Part shown: one piece after another, positions 1 to 15,100 of the stretch
How the letters are laid out: each line of letters begins with the position of its first letter
Position numbering within the stretch: the first letter of the stretch is position 1
Assembly: GCF_964355755.1 (NCBI RefSeq)
Contig: NC_092674.1
Coordinates: 2,790,001 to 2,854,000 of the forward strand
DNA length: 64,000 nt
Origin: Antedon mediterranea
Taxonomy: Eukaryota; Animalia; Echinodermata
Direction of reading: 5' to 3'
Notes under the pieces: generated by a model
Databases searched by the model: none
What the model was told of the DNA's origin: nothing
The model's input: the letters and a program-made list of their open reading frames with translations, nothing else
Position numbers and translations under genes: made by a program

Positions 1-515
1 AGGGACACCTCTATTAGGAGATTAAAGGGACATCTCTATTACGAGATCAAAGGGATACCAAGATTAAATGGACACCTCTATTAGGAGATTAAATGGACAC
101 CTCTATTAGGAGATTAAAGGTACACCTCTATTATGAGATTAAAGGGACACCTCTATTAGGAGATTTAAAGGGACACCTTTATTAGGAAATCAAAGAGATA
201 CCAAGATTAAAGGGACACCTCTATTAGGAGATTAAAAGGACAACTCTATTAGGAGATTAAAGGGACACCTCTATTATGAGATTAAAGGGACACCTCTATT
301 AGGAGATTAAAGGGACACCTCTATTAGGAGATTAAAGGGACACCAAGATTAAAGGGACACCTCTATTAGGAGATTAAATGGACACCTCTATTATGAGATT
401 AAAAGGACACCGAGATTAAATTGACACAAAGTTTAAAGGGACATCTCTATTAGGAGATTAATGGGACACTGAGATTAAAGGGACACCAAGATTAAAGGGA
501 CACCAAGATTAAAGG
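1..515. repeat. About 23-bp minisatellite (AAAGGGACACCTCTATTAGGAGATT-like units) in a GCC2 intron
   Basis: Roughly 20 directly abutting degenerate copies, no unique spacers. Confidence 0.9.
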
Positions 516-593
516 GACACCAATTTTAAAGAGACACTTTTGATTTTGACACAAAGGTGTAATATGGGTTTTAATGTACAAACAATTCCTCAC

Positions 594-3500
594 CTTTATG
601 ATGATATTTTTAAGATATTCCATATTAGAAATCGCGTTTTCGCGTTGTTGATTACGTTCCAGACGTCTGATTTCTCCTTTCAACACTTTTGCTTGTTCGG
701 TCAAACGTAAAATTGTAGCTTCATTCTCGCTTGTAATCTAAAAGTGAAAAGTATGTCAAATTTGTTAGTGCATGTCAAATTGTTAGATGTAGCGTGACAG
801 GTTTTCATTCAGTCTGTTTGTCTGTCAAAGTTTATTTTGACAAACGGAGTGACTTTAAAGTAAATTATGCTAACTCCTATACAGGTAACATCATAATAAA
901 GTTTGTCAAAGTTTATTTTGATGAATAGAGTGACTTTATTTAGTAAGTAAGTTATGGCAACATATATATGTAACATTTATTTCATAAACACAACAGGCGC
1001 AGAAAATTAATTCTAAACCACCCAGTAATATACTGAAATTTGAATAATTTGAAACAATAAAGATGATCTGTGAGAATGAGAAAGTCGCCCCATACATTTG
1101 TATATGTAACATTTATTTCATACAAATCATACACAGCGAGCAACTCTGCAATTATAAGATGGATAAACTACTGGACCAAATCACATTGGAGGTATAGAGA
1201 ATCTATTAAGAGAAACAGAAACATGAGTTACAACCCTGGCACTAGGTCAGGATTGAACCCTGGCACTAGGTCAGGATTGAACCCTGGCACTAGGTCAGGA
1301 TTGAACCCTGGCACTTGGGTTTGGAAGGCAACCGTGTTACCCACCGAGCTACAGCTCCACTACAATAACATACAGCTCCATAATAAAACAAACTGTTTTT
1401 GCTGTCAAATACTATTGTGTATCTACTTTTTATTTAATTTTCTAAGTAACATATTGAATGTCAATTATATTTATATTCCCAACAGAATACAAACTATCTG
1501 AAAATCAAAGATACTGTTATCAAGTTCTTTTTCATATATTTTTTCGTTTCAGCACATTATTAAGGGATAGTCTTAAAAAGTCCATAAATTAAAAAAAAAT
1601 AAAGGATCTTCTTGAAAAATTTGAAACACATTGATAAACTTCCATACAAGTTTAAACTTAAGTATGTCATGTGTGAAAACAAAAAAAATGCGAGATTTAC
1701 TATCAAATGTATCATAATTTTGCAGACAGGATTGACAGTGATTTTCGACACTGACCTTTGAACCCTGTGAATGTTTGACTGCTATTTAATTCAAAGGAGG
1801 TTGCAATTCAAATTACCTTTCACAGCTAACGATTACGCCAATAAGATATTATACACCCCGGCAATAAAGATCTATATATTAATAGTTTTTGATGTGTCTT
1901 GTGGTTAAATCTTATTAAAATTCCATGGGCCCCATTACTACTTTTATGTAAAAAATCACAATTTTTTAATGAGTCTACTAAAGGTTTTGATAAGAACATG
2001 CACACAAATATTAAACAAAAAATACAATCATTATTATGGTACAAGGACTAACCCTCTAAACGCCCCTCCTCCCACCCCAAAAAAACTTCCAATCCTGAGG
2101 GGTCCCCTTGCTTAGACTATTGCTCAAACAGTAATTTAATGTTGTACAATAGCTAACAGGTCTGGTAGACTCTGGACTTTTAAATGAAAAACAATTTAAT
2201 GTAGAAAATCCTATGTGTACAACTCAATCCATGTATCAAACTCTTTGTTTTAAAGACATTTACATTTATGTATGCATATGTATGCCATGTGATTTCTGCC
2301 AATTCAATGTAAGCACCAGGAAACTAAATGTCATGTTTGCCTATGTTTTTGGTCACGACAATAAACAACTATTTATCTTATATACAGGTATCTAAAAGCA
2401 AATCACAGAAAGTCAAGAACGAATAAAAGATGATTAAAAAACAAAATATTGAGAAGTAAGAAATTTGGATGTCAATGCCTCAGCAAAGGAAAAAGCAAAA
2501 CCTCGTTGGAAGATGAAAAGCACGTAAAATATGCCACTATGTCTACATCAAAACTGATTACACATTTGGAGAAAGCTCCGAAATGAAACATGCTGTGAAT
2601 TCATATTACCATCAATAACCTCTTCTCAATCAAAAATCAAAGTGATGTCATACAGTGTTTAGAAACAAATCAAACTTGGTGGAATGTAATTATTGAGAAG
2701 TTCTCAGTACAAGCCCTACTTTCATATCTAGACGGACTGTATTACGCGTTATCTTATATCTTAAATATGTGGATGTTTTGTAATTACGCACAAAAATTAA
2801 CTTCAGAAGAATTTAGTATCAGGCTGGTTCTTTTAAATTTTTTGTTTTGAAGAATATTAATCCAAGTACAGATTTGAGCACCTTTAGTGGATATGTGTGC
2901 TATATAAATTATTATTATTATTACAATTCAATAGAGAGAAATGGCGAACCGACGTCTAAAATCCGAGTGGGTATAAAATCATAACAAACCGTTGAGGGCG
3001 ACACATTTCCTATGTTTATACACGTGAATCATGGCATCGTCTAACCAATGTTGTTGCTGTAACGCTCATAATTCTTGTTGTATTTGTGTATTTACACAAT
3101 AAAACAATGAAATATGTATAAAAGTCATCAATCATTCACAATCATATTCCTAAAAATATCTCATATCTGTAGGTCTACATTAGACTAGGCCTATATAGTA
3201 TTATAGTAGAATGGTGTTATCAAGTATTCATTACTGGCGGTAGACCCCCCTGCAGGAAGCATCACTAGCCACATAACAAAATGGCAGTTGTCAAGCTGAA
3301 ACTAATGCTAGGCCTACATCTACTAGAGATGCTCTATTTAGTCTTACTACCTAGCTAGGAGAGGCCTAGCAACACCCTAGCTAAATTAGTAGTAGTAGTA
3401 GTAGTACAGTATGCAATAACGAATTTCCAATATTATTATTATTATAATAACCGATAATCCGTGCTAGGCTCGAGGTACTACAGCATACAGGCCAACTATC

Positions 3501-6110
3501 TAGGGCCTAGAGCTGGGTACAGTATATAACAAAAACGCATCTTAATTCAATCCAAATTAAAATAAAATATGTTAAGATTTGCCCATATAACATTAAAATT
3601 GTTAAGGGTGTTGCAAAAAAAAAAGATACTGCTATTATGTGTGTTTTAAACGTTCTTTTCTACCTTCCTTTTTAACTCAACCCATCGGAATTTCCCATAC
3701 AAAAACATGTGGCGAAATGGTTTGTTTACAATCTATACCCACTCGGTGAAATTTGAGTGACGTCATAGCGGTTCGCCATTTCTCTCTATTATCAATTCAG
3801 TTCAATTAAAGATTCGTCCCTCCAATTTGAGACCAATTGCCTGTATAAAGGGATTCTGTTAATAGCAGGTAATAGAAATGTCTGCCTATAATACCACAAT
3901 ACAATTCAAAGTTACTTGTTGTATAAACTGTATTAATTTGGTACCTCATCAAGATCAATTTATTATGATGAGGCATAAAAGTGAAATATATCAAATGAGT
4001 AGAGAGGAACAGTTAACAAATACGGGTTTTTCACCTTATAATGTTGTTATTTCATTATATAATTATAGTCTATATCTTTTTTTCTTTTTTTTTAACCATA
4101 TTTAATGAGGGTGATCCATCCAGCAATTGCTGATCATTAGGGACCCTCATAGGTTCACAAGACAAACATATACACAAGATGCTCTACATAAACAAAGTCT
4201 TATTACAAGTCTTTGTAAAGGATATGCAAATCCCTATTTATGTATGTAGATCTACAGTAATCAAATAGAACATTCAAGAGAGTAACATTTAACAAGTAAG
4301 GTTTTGCATCTTATAATGTTGTTATAGCAAAATATATCTTGGTAAACTAATGGGTACACAACATCAATGTCTGCAATACCCTATTTATGTATGCAGATCT
4401 ACAGTAATCAAATAGGAAAGGTTAAGAGAGCAACATTTAACAAGTAAGGTTTTGCATCTTATAATGTTGTTATAGCAAAATATATCTTGGTAAACTAATG
4501 GGTACACAACATCAATGTCTGCAATACCCTATTTATGTATGCAGATCTACAGTAATCAAATAGGAAAGGTTAAGAGAGCAACATTTAACAAGTAAGGTTT
4601 TGCATCTTATAATGTTGTTATAGCAAAATATATCTTGGTAAACTAATGGGTACACAACATCAATGTCTGCAATACCCTATTTATGTATGCAGATCTACAG
4701 TAATCAAATAGGAAAGGTTAAGAGAGCAACATTTAACAAGTAAGGTTTTGCATCTTATAATGTTGTTATAGCAAAATATATCTTGGTAAACTAATGGGTA
4801 CACAACATCAATGTCTGCAATACCCTATTTATGTATGCAGATCTACAGTAATCAAATAGGAAAGGTTAAGAGAGCAACATTTAACAAGTAAGGTTTTGCA
4901 TCTTATAATGTTGTTATAGCAAAATATATCTTGGTAAACTAATGGGTACACAACATCAATGTCTGCAATACACTATTTATGTATGCAGATCTACAGTAAT
5001 CAAATATGACTAAGGCATTTGACATCTTAATGCGTGAGAAAGCTGTAAGATGTAATAACACACATGACAGGAATAGGAATGAATTATATATGATGAAGAA
5101 ATATGACTGTCTATAAATCAAGTACTGTCACATAGAAACATAGTGAGTGTATGTATTAGAAAAGTTATGTTTAGATGATTATACAAGTGATGATGATAAT
5201 GATGATGACGACTATAGTGATAGTGATGATGATGATGACGACGATTATATTGATGATGATGACGACGATTATATTGATGATGATGCTGATGACTATTATT
5301 ATGACAATACAAGATAATAAGATTATGATGATAATGATAAGAATTCATTTCATTTCATTTCACATTTATTCAATTAATGAAAACTTAAACAATGTAAACA
5401 ATATAAACAAATAAAGATTTCATTAATTAGGATCAGACTTAGAGGCCAAGGCCTGTCTCAGAAAGACCCAACAAAACATAACAAAATAAAAATTGATTAT
5501 GATAATGATAAGATAATTATGTGATTATGATAAGATAATGATATGATTATATGATAATAATATGATTATGATGTGATAATGATAAGATTATGATGACAAT
5601 GATAAGGTTGTGATGACAATGATAAGGTTGTGATGATAATGATAAGATTATGAGATGATGACAATGAAAACATTATGACAATGACAAGATTGTGATGACA
5701 AATAAAGATTATGATGATAATGATAAGATTTTGATGACAATGATAAAATTGTGATTGACAATGATAAGGTTATGATGATAATGATAAGATTACGTTGATA
5801 ATGATAAGATTATGATGATAATGATAAGATTATGATGACAATGATAAAATTGTGATTGACAATGATAAGGTTATGATGATAATGATAAGATTATGTTGAT
5901 AATGATAAGATTATGATGATAATGATAAGATTATGATGATAATGATAAGATTATGATGATAATGATAAGATTATGATGATAATGATAAGATTATGATGAT
6001 AATGATAAGAGTATAATGATAATGATAAAGTATGATGATAAGGTTAACCGTTATGATGATAAGATTATGATGACAATAATAAAAGTATGATGATAAGTTT
6101 AACTGTTATA

Positions 6111-6157
<47 letters not shown>

Positions 6158-9100
6158 AAGTTTATGATGACAATGATAAAGTATGATGATAAGGTTAACC
6201 GTTATGATGATGATGACAATGATAAGATTATGATGACAATAAGAAGATTGTAATGACAATAAGATTATAATAATTATAAGATTATGATAATAATGATACG
6301 ATTATGATGATAATGATAAGATTATTATACTGATTATATTATGATTACAAGGAATGATGGCAAAATGATAATAACCTGATATGATAATAAACATATTTTA
6401 CATTTAAAAAAAAATTCCTCCTTGACATGATCACATTATTTTGAGTCAGCTTGGCCAAATTCCCACGACACAAAATTTTAATACCTAATAATAATTAATT
6501 ACGACTTCCTCTTTTTTAAATCATTCATATTTCACTGGCGACGTAATTCATTCCTGTTCTGCTATTTTTGGAAATATTTTGGATTCAAATTATTTTATGT
6601 GATCAAACGATTTTAAAGGATAATTAAATGGAGGGTTATAAAAGGAGATTTAGAAAGAGAGTGGGAATTTTTAAAGGTTTACAAAGTATGTGAATTGACT
6701 TGCACATTAGTCATGTTCTAGACTCTCTTTGCTTCGCTGGATTGAGGGGGGCATTGTATTTTTCTACAAAAACAGTTTCTACTTGTTGTGTGTAACAAAA
6801 GAGGGCTTTACTGGAGAAACAAATCAAACAAACTAACCTCTGTAAAATGTTCTACACGTTTAAGAGTCGTGTTCAACTGTAGTTTTAGATTTTCTTCTTC
6901 CTCTGTTGAACTTTCACTTATGCTCAGACGATCTTCACTCTTCGTACTCAGTAGCTGAGCAAACGGCATCATGGGAACTGTTGGAGTCGTTGGGGTGTGA
7001 AGAATGGAAGCCTCATTGTCTGGATGTTCCATTCCCTAAACACACAATGTTATTTAGTAGTATGGTAATCATTAGCCGTCAAAAATATTATCTGCAAATG
7101 CCATAGCTGCCAACAATAGCCTTAAAAGATGATGATGCCCACTATTATTATTAATTATTTTTTTATGATCAGTGGCTGTGATGTACTAGTACACCGGGGT
7201 AACCCCTACTCGTCTCGAAGAATTTACTAGGTTCTTTAAAGTGCACATGAGCTAGATGTGTACACTAAACCTAGTCCTTATCCAGAACCATGGAGCGAGT
7301 GAGCCTCAAACCTTTTCTGATGTTATGGCTGTGTAATTACAGTTCCACTGTCTTAACCACTCGTCCAATCACTCGCTGGCACCCAGCATCAGTGGTCTAG
7401 TCAAAAGTTGTCAAGGCCTGCAGTATTCTTTACTATTTGTTTTTATCATATATGATGATGTGCCCCACTACTAGCACCAATCAGCCCAACTGGGGTCAGG
7501 GTCATTTTTCATCCTCTTACCTCTCCTTGTTCTCTTTCTTCTGGTCTTGGTGCCACCATTGTCACCATCTCTTGACTCTCTTTTACTGGTCTTGACATCT
7601 GCTGCTGCATCTGCTGTTGTTGCTCCTTCTGCATTCGATACATCTGGTTTTCTTGGCCTTCAATCTGGTCCTGTAAACACCTTAGTGTCCTACTATGCTC
7701 CTCTTGTATTCGCCGAATCTCATCCTATAGTTTTATAAGAAATTTACATCCATTGAGCAATAATAATACATAAATAGTATAAATAGTTTAATAAAATATC
7801 TAACAGTACAGTTAAAGTTTATGAACGCTAGGCTAATGATCTGGAGGTCATGGGATGAGTCCCATCTGAGAATTTACTTGCAAATTTTTTAAGTATTATA
7901 TTCCCAACATACTGTACTTAGTAGAAAGTACAAATTATGTTAGAGTGGGGCACACACCTGACCAATTTCTCAACTTCCTGATGCAAAGCTACTCTACAGT
8001 ATTTCAATTAAATTTCTACAATCATTATCATAACAGAATATAATCATAATTTGTCTATTCCATTCTATATTAAAAAAAATAATCAATCCTCCATAAACCT
8101 AAACAAATACTTTAAAAAAAAAAAAAACCTTATAATAATAATAATAATAGTTCATTCTTATATAGCGCATATAAGCAAGCTTTTAAGGCGCTGCGCATTA
8201 TTATCCCGGTCATTTTTTAGATCAAATAATAATAATAATTTTTCCAAGATAATTATTAATAAAAAATAATTTAAACTAGGTAAAGGCGTACCTTGAATGT
8301 TTGTGTAATAGACTCATTCTGACTACTCATCTCTTTAATTGTTTCTGTTTGTTCCTGCAATGTACACTGGCTTTCGATGTTTAATTTCTCAATTCTGTAA
8401 CAAAAAAATAATCAATCCTCCATAAACCTAAACCAATACTGTTTTTTTGGATCAAACACATGGAAACACTACTCCCATAATGCAGCTAGTAATCGGCTTT
8501 GTCTTGATCTAACCGGTACCCAAATGTAAGTAAAGTGTCTTGCCTAAGGATACAAGTAATGTGGCGAGAATTGGATTTGAACCACACACTTCGGAACACA
8601 CCCTTATGCCATTTGGGACTGAACCAGTTAGCATGACTATTTGTTGATTGTCGATTGTTTTGTTGCTGAGATATTTGTTAACCTCCAATACTATACAAAA
8701 CTAGATCTGTTAAAACAAACCTTTCTTTCCAGACTCTCTCCTTATATTGCATATCCGTTACCATGGTACTGTGTCGCTGTAGCAACCGGTCATGCTCCTC
8801 TTGTAAGGTATCCAGCTCCTCATTGGCTGATTTCAACTGATTGCTATGACGATAAAACAATTGATATAACCAAAATCATTTCTTATTTATACAGGTAAGT
8901 TAGATAGTTTTCTCTTAACTTAAACAGCTGATTCCTTGTTCATAGGCAAATTCCATAATACAGGATCTCATGTGATTCACATGTGATGCCTATATTACAG
9001 TTCCTAACTTAACCTAACCTTCCTCTGACTTAACTAAATTTGAAATGTTTATTGTTCTTACGTTGTTGCTGTAAGTTTTTGCTTAAGTTGTTGGATGATT

Positions 9101-12100
9101 TCTTCCATTCGTTGCTTATCTACCCGGTCTGCTTCCAGACTAGCGTGAGATGCTTCACGACTCTTCTGCTGTTTTAATACTGTATGCACTCTTGCCTGTT
9201 AAAAAAACCCAGAAAAATGAAGAACACTTTGAAGGAACAAGAAATACATACAGTACAAATGTAAAACGTATTCCAAAAACAAAAAATATTGTACGTTGTA
9301 TAAATATTATTTGACATTTATAAAATGCAGCTTGCATACCTTATATCCATCGTAATCTTCTTGAATAGCAATAACCTCTACTCTTGCTGATTCCAAGTCT
9401 TCTTCCAAGTTCGATATTTTGGTTTCAAGACGACTTATTGTTCTCACATTAGCATTGCTTGACGTTTTCAACTTTTAAAAGAAAAAGAAATGATCACTAA
9501 AAGCCTAAGCTCTACACTATCAAACTTTATGTGAAACAAAAAAGGTGATGTACCCATATATGGACACAATGACATCATATCACTACCATATTTGGGCATA
9601 TCACTACCATATTTGGGCATATCACTACCATATTTGGGCATATCACTACCATATTTGGGCATATCACTATACCGTATTTGGGCATATCACTACCATATTT
9701 GAGCATATCACACTTCTTTGTCAAACTAGTTTGAAATGTAGACAACAATATTATATTCACTCACTTTTAGTATAATTACTTATTTAATACACATTTTCAC
9801 TTTGTACTGATTTGACCTCACTGTGTATTAATTTGACCTCACCTGATCTTGATATTTGACTTTCTCAGCCATGATTGTTGCTAATTGAACTTTCAACTCT
9901 TCCTGACCTTGGGTCATTGCCTCCAGCTGTCCATGCATGGCTGCTTCACTACTACGTTGATCATTTTCCTAAAAAATGTATGTTAAATCTATGTGAATAT
10001 AAAAGTTTAAATTACACTACAAACCCACCAATTCAGAACCTGTCCTGTAACACGATTGTTCTGACATGAGATAAAATATTTAAATGTTTAATCGAATCAT
10101 ATCCTACCGTTTTCTTTGCTTCTGCTAAGTCTTTCTTTGTTTTAACCAGAATAGTTTTTAGTTTATTAGCTCTCTCATCCGCCTGAATACGTTGATTGTC
10201 TGTTGCATCTATCAACAAAGGTTTAATATGAAATAATGTTTTTTTGTTAGACTCTGTCTACACTATCAAACTAGTTTGGCAAAAAAAGTGTGACGTGCCT
10301 AAATATGATACTGTATGACATCATCTTGTCCATATATGGGCACATCACACTTTTTTTTGTCAAACTAGTTCGATAGTGTAGACAAAGCTTTAGAGAAGGG
10401 TGCCCAAACTAAAGTAATCTTTTCTTTCATCGGAAAGTTTTTTCAAATAAAGTTGCATAATTAATTAATGCTTAAAGAGATCAGTAAAGAGCATGTGCCA
10501 GTACACTTGCCCTGTTTAACATTTTCCGGCCGGGATCTTTAATAATTTTAATACATTTTTCTTTCCCTCGTCTGTTTTAACCTCTCGCTACGGCTCTGAG
10601 CACAGACAAACAGTAACCAACCTAGCTCTTTCTGCATGCTTTCAATTCTCTTCTCAAGACGTGCTAACTCTGTTGTCATATTGATCATCTTTGATTCCTT
10701 TTCCTGCATCGTCTCGTTCAGATTTTCAACTGTCCTTTCGTAATCTGCTATTTCTAGATCCATCATGCTGTTCTGACTTGCTTCCTATTAAACAAAAGAT
10801 AAAATATTGCCAGAAAATTAGGAAAAGAAATCAAGTAAATTACTATGAAGGACATAAACATACACAGATGCTCTATATAAACAAAGCTCTGTCTACACTA
10901 TCAAACTAGTTTGACAAAAAAGTGTGATGTGCCCAAATATGGAAGTGATGTGCCGAAATATGGTAGAAGATAATATGACATCATCATGTCTATATATAAG
11001 CATATCAGACCAGCACTGGGTGATCATTAACCGAGCATCTACAACTCCACTATTTATTTAAACAATGAAACCAAATGTACAAATTTAACATGTCAGTAAT
11101 AATGAGAAAAAATGAGATAAAGAAATACCAGAAAAAAAGAATAACACAAACACTATAGAATGTAAAGAGAAAAAGAGATGAAAATAAATATCCTAGAGAA
11201 AGAGGAGAGTGAAAACAATTCAATTTGTTGAGAAACCTCCAATGCTTTTGTTAGTTGTGTTGTTGTGTCTGTATGCCTCTCTTTCTGCTCTGCTAACGTT
11301 TTTTCCAAACTCTCGATTTTAGAATTCGCCTGCAGAAAAATGTAATTCACATACTTACATCAAATATTTCATTACAAACAATGCCTATCAATTTAAAAGG
11401 TCAACTTCCAGGTTGCCTTTTTTTAAATTTTCGTCTATTTCAAAACATTTGTCATCAGTTGATTAGGTCATTCATTACCTCAGAGAGTTCATTAGCCTTC
11501 TCATCCAGACGTCTGTGCTCATTATCCCTATCATGCTCCACAGTCATTTTCATACATTTCACTTCTGTTAGACTCTTCTCCAGAAATTTACATTCTTTGT
11601 CCGATTTGTCTAATTTAATTTTCAATTCCTCCTTTACCTCCTTTAATTTGGCAGACTCTTCTGTCAATGTCTTAAAAAACAATAACTAACATTTAAATCC
11701 AAAGGCAAATTACTGAAAATATGACAATGCTGTCACAGGTATCATCAGTGGCAAACAGCCAAAAAAAGTTAGCAGAGCTTTCGGGCAATACTAGCCCTTC
11801 ATTAGTGCATTTAAAAACATATATCAAGCAGAAGATTTCTGGTTTTAATCCTGGTTCGGACTTTTTTCTCATTCTCACAGATTTCCTCATTTTTATAGTT
11901 TCAAATTAAATAATATTTTTAATACATAAATAATTTTAGTATGTACCTTGAAGTCCTGCTGGTTTTCTTCTAATTGTTTTGTAAGGCTCTCGGTTTTGTC
12001 CTTTTCTGCGTCAATCAAGTCTTGTAACTTTTCATACTCTAGCTGTAAACTCTAATGAAAAACAATACGTGTCACCAACATCATTTAATCAATATTATAT

Positions 12101-15100
12101 TATATTATTTAATCTCTCAGATTTGTGCATCGAACCAACTAAACCATATCTTTATTTGTGCTTAGTACTAGCTTATCTGTCTACAGTAATTACTACATAC
12201 AAGCAAACTGATTTAACACAAGATTGTAGGCCTACCTAGATGATACTAGATGAAGGCCAATTTACACAAAAGAGCGGTAACAGTAAATGGAAAACCGTAT
12301 AGCTTTTCCCACGTAGAATCTGTGTCTATCCTCTGCATTGTGTGTAAATGGTCATAAGGAATAACATAGATCCAATATTATTATTTCCGTTACTGCTCAT
12401 GTGTAAATTTACGGTGTAGTGTTGTAATGTTAGTATGGGTTTGTTTTATAACATCATACCCTTACCTGGTAATTCTCAGCCTGCTGATGTCCACTAGATA
12501 GTTTGTCTTTCATTTTTTCTAGTGTGCTGTGATAAGCTGTCAACTCTTCTTGTAGCTTTTCATTCCTAATGTTTGACACTTTGATTTCTTCAGTTAATTT
12601 CAACACCTGATAATGAATTAAAAAAATATTTAAGCTTGGTTCCCACTAGCGACGCAACATACCGCCACCTACACATTGTAAGAAAATACCCTTCCATAAT
12701 ATGTGTTTGCCCCCACTTGCATGAAATCAAACCTGTGATATTTACAGAACCTTGCGTAGATACGTTACAAAAAAAAAACAAAAAACATTCAATAGTGTCA
12801 AAGGTCAAATGTCTTAACAAGTGACCATTCTAAGTTTTGAAGAAGATGGTCGCTTACCATCACGTGAAAACACAATGAAGATAGAATACGTTCTCAGCGT
12901 GCAAATGGTTGAGGTCTGGAAGAATTCAAAATCTAGCATTTCCTAATTTTGATAAATTATAAGCAAAAACCAGTTTTTTTTCACTCACCTCATTTTTTCT
13001 ACTTTCTGCTTCTTTCTTTCCTTTCATTGCTAAGCTTTTTAATTTCTTCTCTTTCTCTTGCATTTCTTTTAGTTGTTTCATAGCTGCCTCTGTAATATAA
13101 ATTCATTTAGGTGAAGTAACAACAAATTGTGCCATGAAGAAAAAAAAACCCAATGAATTCTCGGCAACCTACCAAGCTCACTCTTCAACTGATCTCCTCC
13201 TCCTTGGCTAGCTGATGCTGTTTGGTAGGCTTCCTCAACTTTTTCTTTTTCCTATAAAAGACATTCAAATGTAAGCCAATAAATGACTAACAATTTAGCA
13301 TAATGCAGGTGGAAAAGGCCCCAAGTTTAGCACTCCTAAAATCCTGCCCATGCTGGGTAGTTGGGGCTGGACTTTGAGGCATTGGGGCTGCTAATGCTTT
13401 GGGCCCCTTAAGCTCTAATAACAACTAATGATTTATGTGCACTATAACTAAAATGATTACTTCAAAATACAGTACAAATTCAAATGGTCCTTATAGAAAA
13501 GGTAGTAGAGAAAATGAATTATGTGTAGAAAATGCTGTACATCAGAAATGAGATTCAAAACAAAGTTTTTTGTATAGTTAGTATAGTCAATTAATACATA
13601 CAAAGATGTTCAGTAGAACATCAAGAATGAAAGCAAACAACATTGCCACACTTCCAAAAAAGTAAAGAACAAATGGAAGAATCTTAAATTCTCTCATGTC
13701 TGAATATACAAAAAAAAAACACATGCAATGTCTAGGAACATTGTAAATTTGTAAACAAACTACAAAAAATGAATGTTCATCCATGGATTTGGAATAGAGA
13801 TGAGATAAAATGAATTGTGCATGCAAGCATCATCCATGGATCTAAGAACACACTAATATGTGACAATAAATATTCCAATGACAAAAAGGAAAGTCTGCAA
13901 GGATTCATAAAATAGAAAATGATGGTGCTAAAGTCTTCCTACCTCTGACGCCAACTTTAACTCATTACCCAAAGTATTCAGTTTCATAGTCAGATCAACC
14001 TTCTCTTGTCCAAGACTCTGGTTGACTTCAGTTAGCTCCGTAATCTTGTCATTTGATTTTGACAAATTCTTCTGAATTTGTTCCATCTTAGATTGAACTT
14101 CTTGAAGATCCTTTCTGAGAATGTCGTTCTGACTTATTGTGTGATCTTGATCGGTAAGCGCTTCTTGCAGATCCTGATACAATTGGTCCTTCTCAATCTG
14201 CAATTTCTCAAGAGTGTCTGTAGCTTCCATTCTAGAAGATTCAATGTTGTGTTGTTTGGATAGCACAGCATTAAGTTTTTCTAAATCTTCTGTCGATTTG
14301 GCCTTAACTTCTTCAATAGACTTTTGCAGAGCTTCAATTTCTTGATTTGTTTGTTCTTGATTATCTTCCATTGCTTTCAACTTTGCAACAAAATCACTTT
14401 TATCAACTTTCAAAGACTCAACTTGTTCTTCAATATCCTGTTTTTCTTTAGTGATACCTTCAACTCTGTTTTTCCATTTGGTAATCTTACTTTGGGCTTC
14501 CTTCTTCAACCTCTCCAGATTAGATGCAAGTTTGTTCTTTTCACCGTCCAATATATTAACTTTCTTAACCAGTTCTTCTCGCTCCATCTTCACTTCTTCT
14601 GAAGAGCATCCAGTACCCTCTTCCTTTTTAACTGCCATGTCATAGTTACACTTGAGTCCATCTAAATCATATTGCAACTGCTCATTTGTTGATGTAGCAG
14701 ATTCAATTCTCAATTCCAGGTCCTGAATTTTAAAAAGCAGTGCTTCACGTTCATTGGTTAAGTCCTCCATTTTTTCTTTCAGTGCATTGTTGTCTGCTTC
14801 AAACTTACTAAGATCCAAACTTAACTGATGGTTTCTTGTCTGTTCTTGCGAAATAGATTCTTCCAAATTATTCTTTACATTACAAAGCTCTTTAGACATT
14901 TCTTTAAAATTTTCTTCAAAATTAGTATTTAATTCATTTAACTCTGTAACTTTATTATTTGCTATCAAAAGTTTGGAGTCGTTTGATTCTAAAGCTGATT
15001 TGAGTTGAATTATTTCTTCTTCAAGTTTTCCAACTTGGTCCTTTTCTTTCTGGAGTTTTTCAGATGTTGTTTGTAATTCTTGTTTGAGATCTTGAATTTC

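Noticed and set aside
1-515. Regularly spaced direct repeats resembling a CRISPR array
   Set aside because: Units abut with no unique spacers, no cas genes, and the context is a eukaryotic intron.
1070-1501. 143-aa ORF with NPGTRSGL repeats
   Set aside because: Translation of a tandemly expanded SINE segment, antisense within a GCC2 intron.
5118-6259. His-rich, Met-rich and poly-Ile ORFs
   Set aside because: Artefacts of the (GAT)n/(ATC)n microsatellite.
9468-9775. MPKYGSD, YHYHIWA and ICPNMVV repeat ORFs
   Set aside because: Different frames of a 21-bp repeat inside a multi-copy MITE.
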